Source: Anaerolineales bacterium
GTDB taxonomy: Bacteria; Chloroflexota; Anaerolineae; Anaerolineales; UBA4823
Direction of reading: 5' to 3'
Assembly (NCBI GenBank): GCA_049281855.1
Contig: JBAPSY010000073.1
Span: 3,171 to 67,170, forward strand
Length of the DNA: 64,000 nucleotides
Below are positions 45,752 through 55,013 of the stretch, piece after piece. Within the stretch, counting starts at the first letter, position 1. Each line of letters starts with the position of its first letter. The notes beneath the pieces were generated by a model. The model ran no database searches. It worked only from the letters and a program-made list of their open reading frames with translations, and had not been told where the DNA came from. Made by a program: the position numbers and the translations under genes.

Positions 45752-46555
45752 CTATAGCCTGTGAATCACTGTTCCTACTTCTTCTCCAAGGAGAGAACCG
45801 CAAACATTACCAGGTGTCTCTCCCGAAAAGATTGACGCCCTTAATTCGGGATTCACGTTAATCAGGGATATGATTTGGCGTACCTTGTCAACCATGCCAC
45901 CGGTCACATCAGTGGCAGCTGACCCCTTTAGTCCAGCTTCTATCTCCGGGAAGCTTTTGGGAGTGATCTCTGGTAGCGCTCTTGTGTTATCAGGAAAATC
46001 CCCCCAAACAAGGGGTTGGAGCCCTGCAAATAGGAGCTGGGTGGCTAGTAAGCGAGGCGCCAGATGTACAAAGAGGTCTTCAGTGGAAAGAATGGTTCCA
46101 CCAAGGATGGTGTCGAAGACCACATCACCATAGATCACCGGGATCATTCCCCGCTCGAGTGCAGTGCGGATGGGATCCAGGTCCCAGGTGGCAACTTTCC
46201 CTTCCCGGGCAATGATCATGGCTGATGGAGGAAATGAGATTGCAGGTAGATTGGCTTTACCTAAAGCCAGCATCACTAGATGATTTAATTTTGCTGCCTG
46301 TCGCCAGACTTCGATGAACCCTATCCAATCTTTCGCTGATTTCACCCCCATACGAGTTTTATATTTACTCGCCGGGACGTGACCAAAGGAGCCAGATCCG
46401 TGCCCAAGTAAAATATTTAGATTCTGGTTTTGAGCTCGAGCCCCCGCGATTTCTTGTGCCAGCCGTTCCAGCACATCCAACCGGGGAGTATGAGGCTGGT
46501 TTTTAACCGTGATTAACGAGCCACCCAATTTGAGGAAAACCAGTCGTGCGCTCAT
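45752..46555 (-). CDS. Isopentenyl phosphate kinase (amino-acid-kinase fold)
   Basis: From the ATG at 46555 (ATGA overlap with the mevalonate kinase stop): FLKLGGSLIT, GHGSGSFGH and VIYGDVVFD motifs typical of IPK. Confidence 0.78.
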   Translation of the reverse strand: MSARLVFLKLGGSLITVKNQPHTPRLDVLERLAQEIAGARAQNQNLNILLGHGSGSFGHVPASKYKTRMGVKSAKDWIGFIEVWRQAAKLNHLVMLALGKANLPAISFPPSAMIIAREGKVATWDLDPIRTALERGMIPVIYGDVVFDTILGGTILSTEDLFVHLAPRLLATQLLFAGLQPLVWGDFPDNTRALPEITPKSFPEIEAGLKGSAATDVTGGMVDKVRQIISLINVNPELRASIFSGETPGNVCGSLLGEEVGTVIHRL

Positions 46556-47499
46556 GCCTTGCGGATCTCCGTCACGATGGTGCGCACAGCGCCGGCTTGT
46601 TCCATCGCTTTGGCTACTCTGTTCGCTGCCTCGGGTGTGACGAGTGCAATCATATTTCCCCCACACCCCGCCCCCGAAAGCTTGGCACCGAGTGCACCTG
46701 ATGAACGCGCTGCCTCGATGAGCTTATCCAATTCAGGAGACGAAACCCCCATCTCGCGAAGCTGTGCCTGATTTTCATCCATCAATGATCCAAGTGCATC
46801 GACCGAACCAGCCTCAATCGATTTGCGAGCAGCGACTGCAATTGCCCCTGCTGCATCGAACAATCCCTCAAATCGGGCTTGATCAGATTCCCAGGCTTTG
46901 TGAACATCACTCACCACGCGTGAGGTGGAGCTTTGGACCCCTGTGTCACCAATCACGATGGTGAATGGTTGTTTCACCTGCAGGGTTTCAATTGGCTTTC
47001 CAATCACAAAGTACACCGGTTTTACGTATGTAATGACGGCATTGTCTATTCCGGAGGGGGTACCATGATGGATTACTTCCACCTCATAAGCCAGCTCACA
47101 TACCTGTTCATCCCTTAAGGGGTGACCCAATGAGGCTGAGAAAGCTCGCAGGATTGCTACCGAAATTGCTGCCCCTGAGCCCATCCCTCCTGCGACTGGG
47201 ATGTTGGACGTGACCCGGATGTTGCAGGCTGGGATATGGCTTAGCTTCATTACAGACGCAGCCTTCAGCAACACTGCCGCCAGGGGGTGATTTTCTGGTA
47301 AGTCAGCCAAAGTGGTTTCCAGCCCGATGTCTGGCGCTTGCACTTTCACCAGTCCGGGAGTGCTTCGTGGATCCATGTTTACAATTGCCTTTGCTCGCAC
47401 TTGCATGACGGGAACAGCAATTGCCGGACGACCATAAACCACGGCATGTTCGCCGAACAGGATGACTTTGCCTGGAGCAGTTGCAGAATATGCGGGCAT
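46552..47499 (-). CDS. mvk: Mevalonate kinase (GHMP kinase)
   Basis: From the ATG at 47499: APGKVILFGEHAVVYG, GHMP motif PVAGGMGSGAA, and SGAGCGG near the C-terminus. Confidence 0.88.
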   Translation of the reverse strand: MPAYSATAPGKVILFGEHAVVYGRPAIAVPVMQVRAKAIVNMDPRSTPGLVKVQAPDIGLETTLADLPENHPLAAVLLKAASVMKLSHIPACNIRVTSNIPVAGGMGSGAAISVAILRAFSASLGHPLRDEQVCELAYEVEVIHHGTPSGIDNAVITYVKPVYFVIGKPIETLQVKQPFTIVIGDTGVQSSTSRVVSDVHKAWESDQARFEGLFDAAGAIAVAARKSIEAGSVDALGSLMDENQAQLREMGVSSPELDKLIEAARSSGALGAKLSGAGCGGNMIALVTPEAANRVAKAMEQAGAVRTIVTEIRKA

Positions 47500-47525
47500 C
47501 GCTAATATCCTAACCAGAGGATCGC

Positions 47526-48413
47526 TTAAACTGGGAACAGGTAGAAAATGATCACAATGGCAAGTGCCCACAGGATGATCGTCACCTGAAGGGGTCGATC
47601 CGTTAAGAGTACCTCTTCTGGTTCACCACCTCGATGTTTTACCTGAACAAGGTAGAGGTAGCGGAAGATGCCATAGATCACGAAAGGGATGGTCAGCATC
47701 ATCGTGTGGTTCACCGGCAGGTTGGGAGCCGAAAATGTATACAGGCTATATGTAATGATGGCGCTACTGCAGACGATCAGGATGAGCTGGTCGAGCAATG
47801 GCAGGGTATATCCTTCCAGTGATTTGCGATGCGAATTTGCCTCTTCAGCCAGCAGGTTCAGCTCTGCGCGCCGCTTGCCAATCCCCAGGTAAAGTGCCAG
47901 GAAGGTGGTAAAGACATACAGCCATGGGGAGAAGCGGTGGACTACAATCAGTGACACACCTGCTCCCACGCGCAGTACATAAAAGCTGGCGAGCATCATT
48001 ACATCCAGGATTGGTGCATGTTTGAGCCAAGCAGAATATGCCAGGTTGAGCACCAGATAGGCTAATCCAATCAGTGCGAATTCGAGGGATAGTAAGGACG
48101 CCGGGATGAATACAATCAGCGTGAGCACGATGCCTGCTGCTCGTGCACTAGAGACTTTCAGCAATCCGGATGGTAATGGGCGCATGCGTTTTTGGGGGTG
48201 GTTTTGGTCAGCTTCCAGGTCCACCAGGTCATTGATGATGTAAATGATGCTGGATAATAGACAAAACAATACGAAACCCGCAACGATGCGTGCAAGCGCC
48301 GGCCAGTTGGTCAGCTGCTTGTCAAAGATCAAGGGAATGAACAACAGCCCGTTTTTTACCCACTGGCGGGGACGCATGGTCTTGAGAAGTGGTTGCAACC
48401 AGACGGTGGACAT
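47526..48413 (-). CDS. UbiA-superfamily prenyltransferase, decaprenyl-phosphate phosphoribosyltransferase-like
   Basis: 295-aa polytopic ORF. The N-terminal MRPRQWVKNGLLF and the Asp-rich NDLVDLEADQNHPQKRMRPLPSG match the DPPR-synthase-like branch of UbiA enzymes. Confidence 0.75.
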   Translation of the reverse strand: MSTVWLQPLLKTMRPRQWVKNGLLFIPLIFDKQLTNWPALARIVAGFVLFCLLSSIIYIINDLVDLEADQNHPQKRMRPLPSGLLKVSSARAAGIVLTLIVFIPASLLSLEFALIGLAYLVLNLAYSAWLKHAPILDVMMLASFYVLRVGAGVSLIVVHRFSPWLYVFTTFLALYLGIGKRRAELNLLAEEANSHRKSLEGYTLPLLDQLILIVCSSAIITYSLYTFSAPNLPVNHTMMLTIPFVIYGIFRYLYLVQVKHRGGEPEEVLLTDRPLQVTIILWALAIVIIFYLFPV

Positions 48414-48497
48414 GATCTAATCATAGTAGTTTACCTGAGAATCGTCAATTCAGGAAACGGGAATCTGCGTCCTCGAAACCAGAATCTCGGTTAAGAT

Positions 48498-49349
48498 ATG
48501 CACATGAGAAAAATCCGTTTGGATCTACTGCTGGTAGAACGCGGCTTAGCCGAGAGCCGTTCGCTGGCGCAACGCTTGGTGATGGCAGGACAGGTTCGCA
48601 TTAATGGTGAGGTGGAGCTGCGGGCGGCAACCAATGTGTTCCCTGATGTACACCTGGAAGTCGAACAGGGACCGCGTTTCGTCTCTCGTGGTGGTGAGAA
48701 ACTTGAAGCCGCTTTGCAGGCTTTTGAAGTGGATATTAGAGGCCATATCTGCGCAGATGTCGGTGCCTCTACGGGGGGCTTCACGGATTGTCTCCTTCAG
48801 CATGGTGCAGTTAAAATCTATGCAATCGATGTCGGACAAGGTATCCTGGATTGGAAGATGCGCCAGGATAAACGTGTGGTGGTCATGGAGAAAACCAATG
48901 CTCGCTACCTTAAGTGCTTACCCGAGGCTGTGGAGATTATTACCATAGATGTATCTTTTATTTCTCTAAAAGTCTTATTACCTGTAGTAAAGAATTGGTT
49001 TTTCACGGATATAAATACCGGGCAGAGCTCAAAGGGATCGACGATTGCCCTGATCAAACCCCAATTTGAGGCGGGTCGTCAACAAGTGGGGCGAAGTAAG
49101 GGTGTGATTCGCGATCCCGTCGTCCATCGCCAGGTGTTGATGGATATATTGGGTTTTGCTCGTCAGCAAGGATACATTGTATACGGGTTGATCCGCTCAC
49201 CGCTTACCGGACCAAAGGGGAATGTTGAATTCCTTACATGGTTGGAATGTTCTGGAGAGCAAATCGCCTCGATCGAGGAATTGGTGGATTCGGTATTGTC
49301 AGGTGCCATTGGAGGCAGCAAACCAACCAGCCTATATTCCCATAGTTAA
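48498..49349 (+). CDS. tlyA: TlyA-family rRNA 2'-O-methyltransferase (S4 plus FtsJ domains)
   Basis: RLDLLLVERGLAESRSLAQRLVMAG (S4 domain), SRGGEKL and DVGASTGGFTDCLLQHGA (SAM motif). Confidence 0.88.
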   Translation: MHMRKIRLDLLLVERGLAESRSLAQRLVMAGQVRINGEVELRAATNVFPDVHLEVEQGPRFVSRGGEKLEAALQAFEVDIRGHICADVGASTGGFTDCLLQHGAVKIYAIDVGQGILDWKMRQDKRVVVMEKTNARYLKCLPEAVEIITIDVSFISLKVLLPVVKNWFFTDINTGQSSKGSTIALIKPQFEAGRQQVGRSKGVIRDPVVHRQVLMDILGFARQQGYIVYGLIRSPLTGPKGNVEFLTWLECSGEQIASIEELVDSVLSGAIGGSKPTSLYSHS

Positions 49350-49373
49350 AATCGGTTATACTAATCCCCGTCA

Positions 49374-51176
49374 ATGACCTCGGAACATATTCGCAATTTT
49401 TGTATCATCGCCCATATCGACCACGGTAAGTCTACTTTGGCAGACCGTTTGCTTCATCTCACCGGTACGGTCTCGGATCGTGACACCACCGAGCAGATTC
49501 TGGATAGCATGGAGCTTGAACGTGAAAAGGGGGTCACGATCAAGGCTTCGGCGGTCCGGATGAACTATACTGCCAAAGATGGGGAAAAATACGAATTAAA
49601 CCTGATCGATACACCCGGACATGTGGATTTTGGGTATGAAGTCAGTCGGGCATTGGAAGCTTGCGAAGGTGCATTGCTCGTAGTGGATGCCAGTCAGGGA
49701 ATTGAAGCTCAAACTCTGGCTAATCTTTACAGTGCATTGGAAGCCGACCTGGAAATCATAGCAATTATAAATAAAATCGATTTGCCCTCAGCTCGACCCG
49801 ATGAAGTGGCACAGGATATCAGCAGCCTGTTGGGAACACCTCCCGGTGAGATTATCCGCATTTCTGCCAAGGAAGGGATCAACATCGATGCTGTGTTGGA
49901 AGTCATCGTCAAAGAAGTCCCTCCACCCAAAGGGGACGAAACTGCCCCCCTGCGGGCACTTATCTTTGACTCGCACTATGATTCCTATAAAGGTGTCGTG
50001 GCATATGTGCGTTTGATCGATGGAAGGATCGATCACACCGATACCCTGCATCTGATGGCGACCGGTTTTGATGTCAGGCCGGTTGAGATTGGTATTTTCG
50101 CTCCAGATTTACGTCCTGTTTCGTCTTTAGAAGCAGGCGAGGTGGGTTATATCGCCACAGGGTTGAAGACAGTGCACGAGTGCCGGGTGGGTGATACCAT
50201 CACCAACACTGCGCGACCTGCTGATGCCCCGCTGCCAGGTTATCGCAAGGTTAAGCCGATGGTTTACGCAGGGATATATCCGGTGGAGGGCGAGGATTAT
50301 GCAAACCTGAAGGATGCACTGGATAAATTGCAGCTGAATGACGCTTCGCTTATTTTCGAGCCTGAAACTTCCCAGGCACTTAACTTCGGCTTCCGGTGCG
50401 GATTCCTGGGCTTATTCCACATGGAGATTATCCAGGAACGCCTGGAGCGTGAGTATAACCTGGATATCCTCGTCACCTCACCCTCGGTGGAGTACGAAGT
50501 GGTGCTTCATACCGGTGAAACTATCCTGATTGACTCGCCAGCTGACCTGCCGGACGAGATGCTGATTGAGCAAATCCGTGAGCCGTGGATGAACATTGAG
50601 GTTTTCAGCCCCACGGAGTTTTATGGGACGATCATGGAGCTGACCAAGAAAAAGCGGGGAGTATTTGTCTCGCAGGATTATCCTGCTCCCCTTCGGGTAC
50701 AGCTCAATTTCCGAATCCCACTCTCTGAACTGATCGTTGACTTCTTTGATCTGTTGAAATCACGCACGCGTGGTTATGCCTCGCTCGATTATCAATTTGC
50801 AGAATATCGCCCGGATGACCTGGTCAAGCTTGAAATCCTGGTCAATGAAGAGCCAGTGGATGCCCTTGCTACCATTGTTCACCGAAATGCTGCTTATCAT
50901 AAGGGGCAAGCGGTCATCACCAAACTTAAAGAATTGATCCCCCGCCAGCTATTCCTGGTGCCCATTCAGGCCTATGCAGCCGGGCGCGTCATCTCGCGTG
51001 CAAATATTAAACCCATGCGCAAGGATGTGCTTGCCAAATGCTACGGGGGTGACATTAGCCGTAAGAAGAAGCTGTTGGAGAAGCAAAAGCGTGGCAAGAA
51101 GCGCATGAAGATGGTTGGTAATGTGGAAATCCCCCAGGAGGCTTTTCTGGCAGTGTTACGCATCGGGGAGGAGTAA
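49374..51176 (+). CDS. lepA: Translation elongation factor 4 (LepA)
   Basis: [33 protein letters not shown] and the LepA-specific C-terminus. 600 aa. Confidence 0.96.
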   Translation: MTSEHIRNFCIIAHIDHGKSTLADRLLHLTGTVSDRDTTEQILDSMELEREKGVTIKASAVRMNYTAKDGEKYELNLIDTPGHVDFGYEVSRALEACEGALLVVDASQGIEAQTLANLYSALEADLEIIAIINKIDLPSARPDEVAQDISSLLGTPPGEIIRISAKEGINIDAVLEVIVKEVPPPKGDETAPLRALIFDSHYDSYKGVVAYVRLIDGRIDHTDTLHLMATGFDVRPVEIGIFAPDLRPVSSLEAGEVGYIATGLKTVHECRVGDTITNTARPADAPLPGYRKVKPMVYAGIYPVEGEDYANLKDALDKLQLNDASLIFEPETSQALNFGFRCGFLGLFHMEIIQERLEREYNLDILVTSPSVEYEVVLHTGETILIDSPADLPDEMLIEQIREPWMNIEVFSPTEFYGTIMELTKKKRGVFVSQDYPAPLRVQLNFRIPLSELIVDFFDLLKSRTRGYASLDYQFAEYRPDDLVKLEILVNEEPVDALATIVHRNAAYHKGQAVITKLKELIPRQLFLVPIQAYAAGRVISRANIKPMRKDVLAKCYGGDISRKKKLLEKQKRGKKRMKMVGNVEIPQEAFLAVLRIGEE

Positions 51177-52188
51177 AATCGCTATCTCTTCATCAAAGAA
51201 TAATTGGAAGCGCATCCTGCCTGGCCTGATCGTCAGCGTGGCAGCCTTGGCTGTCGTTTTTTCCATGCTGGATCTTCGCAAATTTGTGCAGGCCATACAG
51301 CAAGCGGATCTTCGCTTCTTTTTCGCAGGTATTTTGTTCGAGCTGCTATGGCTGATCGTTCGAGGATTCGTTTGGCGTACATTGTTACAAAACAAGGCAT
51401 CTTATCATGATGTGTTTATTACGATCAATGAGGGCTACCTGCTCAATAATATCCTTCCATTTCGACTGGGAGAGATAGGACGGGCTTTCCTGATCGGGCG
51501 GAAAGCCCACCTGGATTTCTGGCAGGTGCTTCCCTCCATCCTCATTGAACGATCCCTTGACCTGGCAATCGCCGTCGGCTTGTTCTTGACCACACTTCCC
51601 TTTGTGATCGGGATTAGCTGGGCAAAACAGGCTGCCATTGGTACGGGGATTATTGTCCTCACTGGTTTGGCAACGATTTATCTTCTGGCTCGAAATCGGC
51701 ACCGAGTGCTTGGCTGGATAGACCAGGCAGGTCAGCGTTGGGCCCTTGTGAAAAAGCTGGCAGGGCGGCGCGTGATTGCCTTCTTTGACGGTCTCGAAAT
51801 AATCACAGATGGAAGGCTCTTTCTGCGTGCCTTGGGTTGGGAAGGTCTTGATTGGTTGGTCAGCGTTCTTCAATATTATTTATTCCTGCGGGCATTTTTC
51901 GAAGCACCAAGCTTGCTCTGGGTGCTTTTTGCCTTAGGCGTAGGTGCGCTGGGGATAGCTGCACCCTCCTCACCAGGCGCGATTGGGGTGTTTGAAGCCG
52001 TTTTGGTGGGAGCATTGGTAGTTTTTGGGTTGGATGCTTCTCCTGCAACCGCCTTCGCTTTATCCGTCCATTTCACCAGCTATATCATCACGAGTCTGAT
52101 GGGTGGTTATGGCTTGTATAAAGATGGCGAATCCCTATCCAGCCTATATACACGTCTGGGAAAGATGAAATCTGAAGGAGAAACATAG
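51115..52188 (+). CDS. Flippase-like / UPF0104 (lysyl-PG-synthase TM-region type) membrane protein
   Basis: Polytopic ORF with the family motif [16 protein letters not shown]. The annotated ATG overlaps lepA by 62 nt, so the true start is uncertain. Confidence 0.72.
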   Translation: MVMWKSPRRLFWQCYASGRSKIAISSSKNNWKRILPGLIVSVAALAVVFSMLDLRKFVQAIQQADLRFFFAGILFELLWLIVRGFVWRTLLQNKASYHDVFITINEGYLLNNILPFRLGEIGRAFLIGRKAHLDFWQVLPSILIERSLDLAIAVGLFLTTLPFVIGISWAKQAAIGTGIIVLTGLATIYLLARNRHRVLGWIDQAGQRWALVKKLAGRRVIAFFDGLEIITDGRLFLRALGWEGLDWLVSVLQYYLFLRAFFEAPSLLWVLFALGVGALGIAAPSSPGAIGVFEAVLVGALVVFGLDASPATAFALSVHFTSYIITSLMGGYGLYKDGESLSSLYTRLGKMKSEGET

Positions 52189-52239
52189 AGCCAGGATGGG
52201 CGAAACTATTACCTGGTTTTGTTCGTCGTTGATATTGCC

Positions 52240-53406
52240 ATGCGTATATTAGCCACCCTCACCTATTATCGCCCTCATTATTCCGGGCTAACCATTTATG
52301 CTGAAAGGCTGGCTTGCGCCTTGGTGGAACGCGGTCATCAAGTGACTGTATTGACTTCGCGCTATAGCCCCAACCTGCCAACCCGGGAAGACCGTGATGG
52401 CGTGCAGGTTATCCGTCCGCGTGTGTTGATGCATATCAGCAAGGGTGTGCTCATGCCGACGATGTTCTTTTGGGCCTGGGTAAACATTCGGCGTGCAGAT
52501 ATCGTCCACCTGCACTTGCCTCAACTGGATGCTGCCTATATTGCTCTTATCTGCCGGCTGATGAATAAGCCAGTTGTACTCACTTACCATTGTGACTTGC
52601 TCCTGCCAAAAGGATTCATCCATTCTATTGCCAATCAAGTCTCTCACCTGACCAATAAAATTTCATTGGGGTTAGCCCATCAGGTGGTGGTGAATACGTT
52701 GGATTATGCCGAAGAATCTGCTTTCCTGCGTCGTTACCTTCCAAAAATCCGTGCTATCCCCACCCCGGTCGAGCTGGCAACTCCCACCCAGGCGGACGTG
52801 GAGGCATTAAAGCGTAAAGCTAGACTGGAACCTGGGCAGCGTATCATCGGGATGGTAGCCCGCCTGGCAGCCGAGAAAGGTGTGGAATATCTGGTTGCTG
52901 CAATGCCAGAAATATTAAAGAATCACCCCTCTGTACGTGTATTACATGTCGGGCAGTACCAGGACGTCTTAGGCGAGGAAGAGTATGCGAATAAGCTAAA
53001 GCCGATGATCCAGGCTTTGGGTGAGCACTGGACTTTCCTGGGGATCTTGCCACCCGCTGAACTTTCCACGTTTTACCAGCATTGTGAGGTGACAGTCCTA
53101 CCGAGCACCAACAGCACCGAGTCGTTTGGCATCGTGCAAGTTGAATCGATGGCTTGTGGCACGCCAGTTGTCGCCTCCAACATACCCGGTGTGCGTCAGC
53201 CTGTAAAGATCACCGGTATGGGGCGCTTGGTACCTCCCGCGGACGCTCATGCTTTAGCTGAAGGGATCAGTGAGGTTCTTGATCACCCCGAACGATATCA
53301 TGGTGATGTCAATGACGTGATAAGGCGCTTTTCATCACAACACATTGCTGAAGAGTATGAGGGAGCTTTTCAGGAGCTGATCAAAGGCAGAAAAATCATT
53401 AAGTAA
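52240..53406 (+). CDS. GT4-family (GT-B fold) glycosyltransferase
   Basis: MRILATLTYYRPHYSGLTIY N-terminus and a C-terminal EsFGivqvEsMAcGtPVVAS (E-x7-E) signature. Confidence 0.88.
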   Translation: MRILATLTYYRPHYSGLTIYAERLACALVERGHQVTVLTSRYSPNLPTREDRDGVQVIRPRVLMHISKGVLMPTMFFWAWVNIRRADIVHLHLPQLDAAYIALICRLMNKPVVLTYHCDLLLPKGFIHSIANQVSHLTNKISLGLAHQVVVNTLDYAEESAFLRRYLPKIRAIPTPVELATPTQADVEALKRKARLEPGQRIIGMVARLAAEKGVEYLVAAMPEILKNHPSVRVLHVGQYQDVLGEEEYANKLKPMIQALGEHWTFLGILPPAELSTFYQHCEVTVLPSTNSTESFGIVQVESMACGTPVVASNIPGVRQPVKITGMGRLVPPADAHALAEGISEVLDHPERYHGDVNDVIRRFSSQHIAEEYEGAFQELIKGRKIIK

Positions 53407-53482
53407 GAGGTAAGGAAATATTTTCCTTATTCCTTAGTACCTATTTACCTGATTACTAAATTGCCTAAGTGCCTTTAATATT

Positions 53483-54268
53483 ATGAAAGATAAAGACTTT
53501 TTGTGGTTGAACCTGCGCGAATTACCTTATTTTCGCGCCATGCTTCGGGCAGTGGAAGCGCAGTTTTATCAGGAGTTCGAGTTGCCCGCTCCCACCATCG
53601 ACCTTGGTTGTGGGGATGGGCATTTTGCCACTGTCACCTTTGACCGTAAGTTGGATGTAGGATTGGACCCATGGGCGGGTCCCATCCACCAGGCCGCTAG
53701 AGGTGGCGGTTATCGTTCACTGGTGCAGGCTGATGGGGGGAGGATGCCCTTCCCAGATGAGCACTTCGCCAGCGCGATTAGCAATTCAGTCCTTGAGCAC
53801 ATCAAACAAGTCGAACCAGTCTTGGCAGAGACACGGCGTGTACTGAAGCCTGGAGCACCTTTTCTATTCTGTGTGCCCAACCCACGCTACCTGACCGAGC
53901 TTTCCATTCCACTCATACTAAAGCGGTTTGGTTTGGCAAGTATTGGGCGTGTATATACTGAATGGTTCCGGCAAATGTCACGTACCCATCATGCAGTAGA
54001 TCCCAATAATTGGCAAAGCTGGCTTGAAGGTGCGGGCTTCCGGCTGGAAAAGTGGTGGCATTATTTTTCACCCCAGGCAATGCGTGTGTTGGAATGGGGT
54101 CACTATTTTGGCGCCCCCACTCTTCTTACCCATGCCATCAGCAAACATTGGATCATTGCCCCTTGGCGTTGGAATTTATTCCTGACGGAACGGCTTGTCA
54201 GGCAGCATGCGATTGCCCAGTCGAATCCTCAGGGCACCTATACCTTCTACGTGGCTAGAAGTATTTGA
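53483..54268 (+). CDS. Class I SAM-dependent methyltransferase
   Basis: Motif I IDLGCGDGHF, FASAISNSVLEHI and LKPGAPFLFCVPN. 261 aa. Confidence 0.85.
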   Translation: MKDKDFLWLNLRELPYFRAMLRAVEAQFYQEFELPAPTIDLGCGDGHFATVTFDRKLDVGLDPWAGPIHQAARGGGYRSLVQADGGRMPFPDEHFASAISNSVLEHIKQVEPVLAETRRVLKPGAPFLFCVPNPRYLTELSIPLILKRFGLASIGRVYTEWFRQMSRTHHAVDPNNWQSWLEGAGFRLEKWWHYFSPQAMRVLEWGHYFGAPTLLTHAISKHWIIAPWRWNLFLTERLVRQHAIAQSNPQGTYTFYVARSI

Positions 54269-55013
54269 ATCGTCATAGGCCAGACAGAATCTAGGAATCA
54301 CCCTTTTACCGAGGATTACTTCTCTAAAGGTCCTTACGCACAGGTATACTTTGCCCGCTATAGCCAGTATTGGTGGTCGAATCGCTATTATGCCAAGTTA
54401 GCTCTTCGTCATCGGCCACCTCAAGGTAGATTGTTGGAACTTAGCTGCGGGAAGGGTCATCTGCTCACCTGGCTGACAGACCGCTACCATGTTTTTGGCT
54501 GTGACATCAATCCATGGGCATTATCTCAGGCTCGGCAGAATGTGCCTCAGGGACAGTTTGTGCTGCTTTCTGGGGATGAGCCTTAACTTTCCCGGAAGCA
54601 GTTTATCATATTCTGATTGCCAAACATGTGGTCGAGCATTTGAGTCAACCGGAGCAGGCCATTGCTGAGAAGAGCCGCGTGCTGAAAGTCGGCGGCTTGC
54701 TAATCCTGGTTATACCTAATCTAAGTAAGCCTATGCGCAAGAAAAAAAGGCCAATTGGATCGGTTATAAGGATTCCACCCATATCAGCCTGAAGCCTCCA
54801 GAAGAGTGGCTGGCATCCTTGCGTCTCCATGGGTTGCAACCTCGCCGGGTTTTCTCGGATGGCTTTTGGGATACCCCTTATATACCGATTATACCCACCC
54901 CCCTGCAAAAGCTGTTCTTCGGGGCGCTCGGGGGCTTGCAAGCTATTCTTGGATGGAGTATTATTACTCTTCATATGGGTGAAAGCCTGATCATTCTGGT
55001 GGATAAAACATGA
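54269..55013 (+). pseudogene. Second class I SAM-dependent methyltransferase, disrupted (no start codon, two single-base frameshifts)
   Basis: My own three-frame translation gives three segments. Frame 2 (54269-54583) reads ...RLLELSCGKGHLLTWL..GCDINPWAL... Frame 1 (54580-~54748) reads FPEAVYHILIAKHVVEHL..VLKVGGLLILVIPN. Frame 0 (to 55013) reads KKANWIGYKDSTHISLKPPEEWL... The second shift sits in an A7 run (54742-54748). Confidence 0.7.

Noticed and set aside
53411-53429. Hairpin TAAGGAAA-TAT-TTTCCTTA after the GT4 gene, considered as a terminator
   Set aside because: The stem is 8 bp, is only 25% GC (two G-C pairs) and is therefore weak, and no clear U-tract follows. The operon appears to continue co-directionally, so it is too weak to call.
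54266-54268. In-frame TGA between the intact methyltransferase and the following methyltransferase-like sequence, considered as selenocysteine or programmed read-through
   Set aside because: Same-frame continuation has a one-in-three chance. No SECIS-like hairpin follows the TGA. The downstream sequence needs two further frame corrections, and the two halves are separate complete methyltransferase domains, so they are paralogs rather than one protein.
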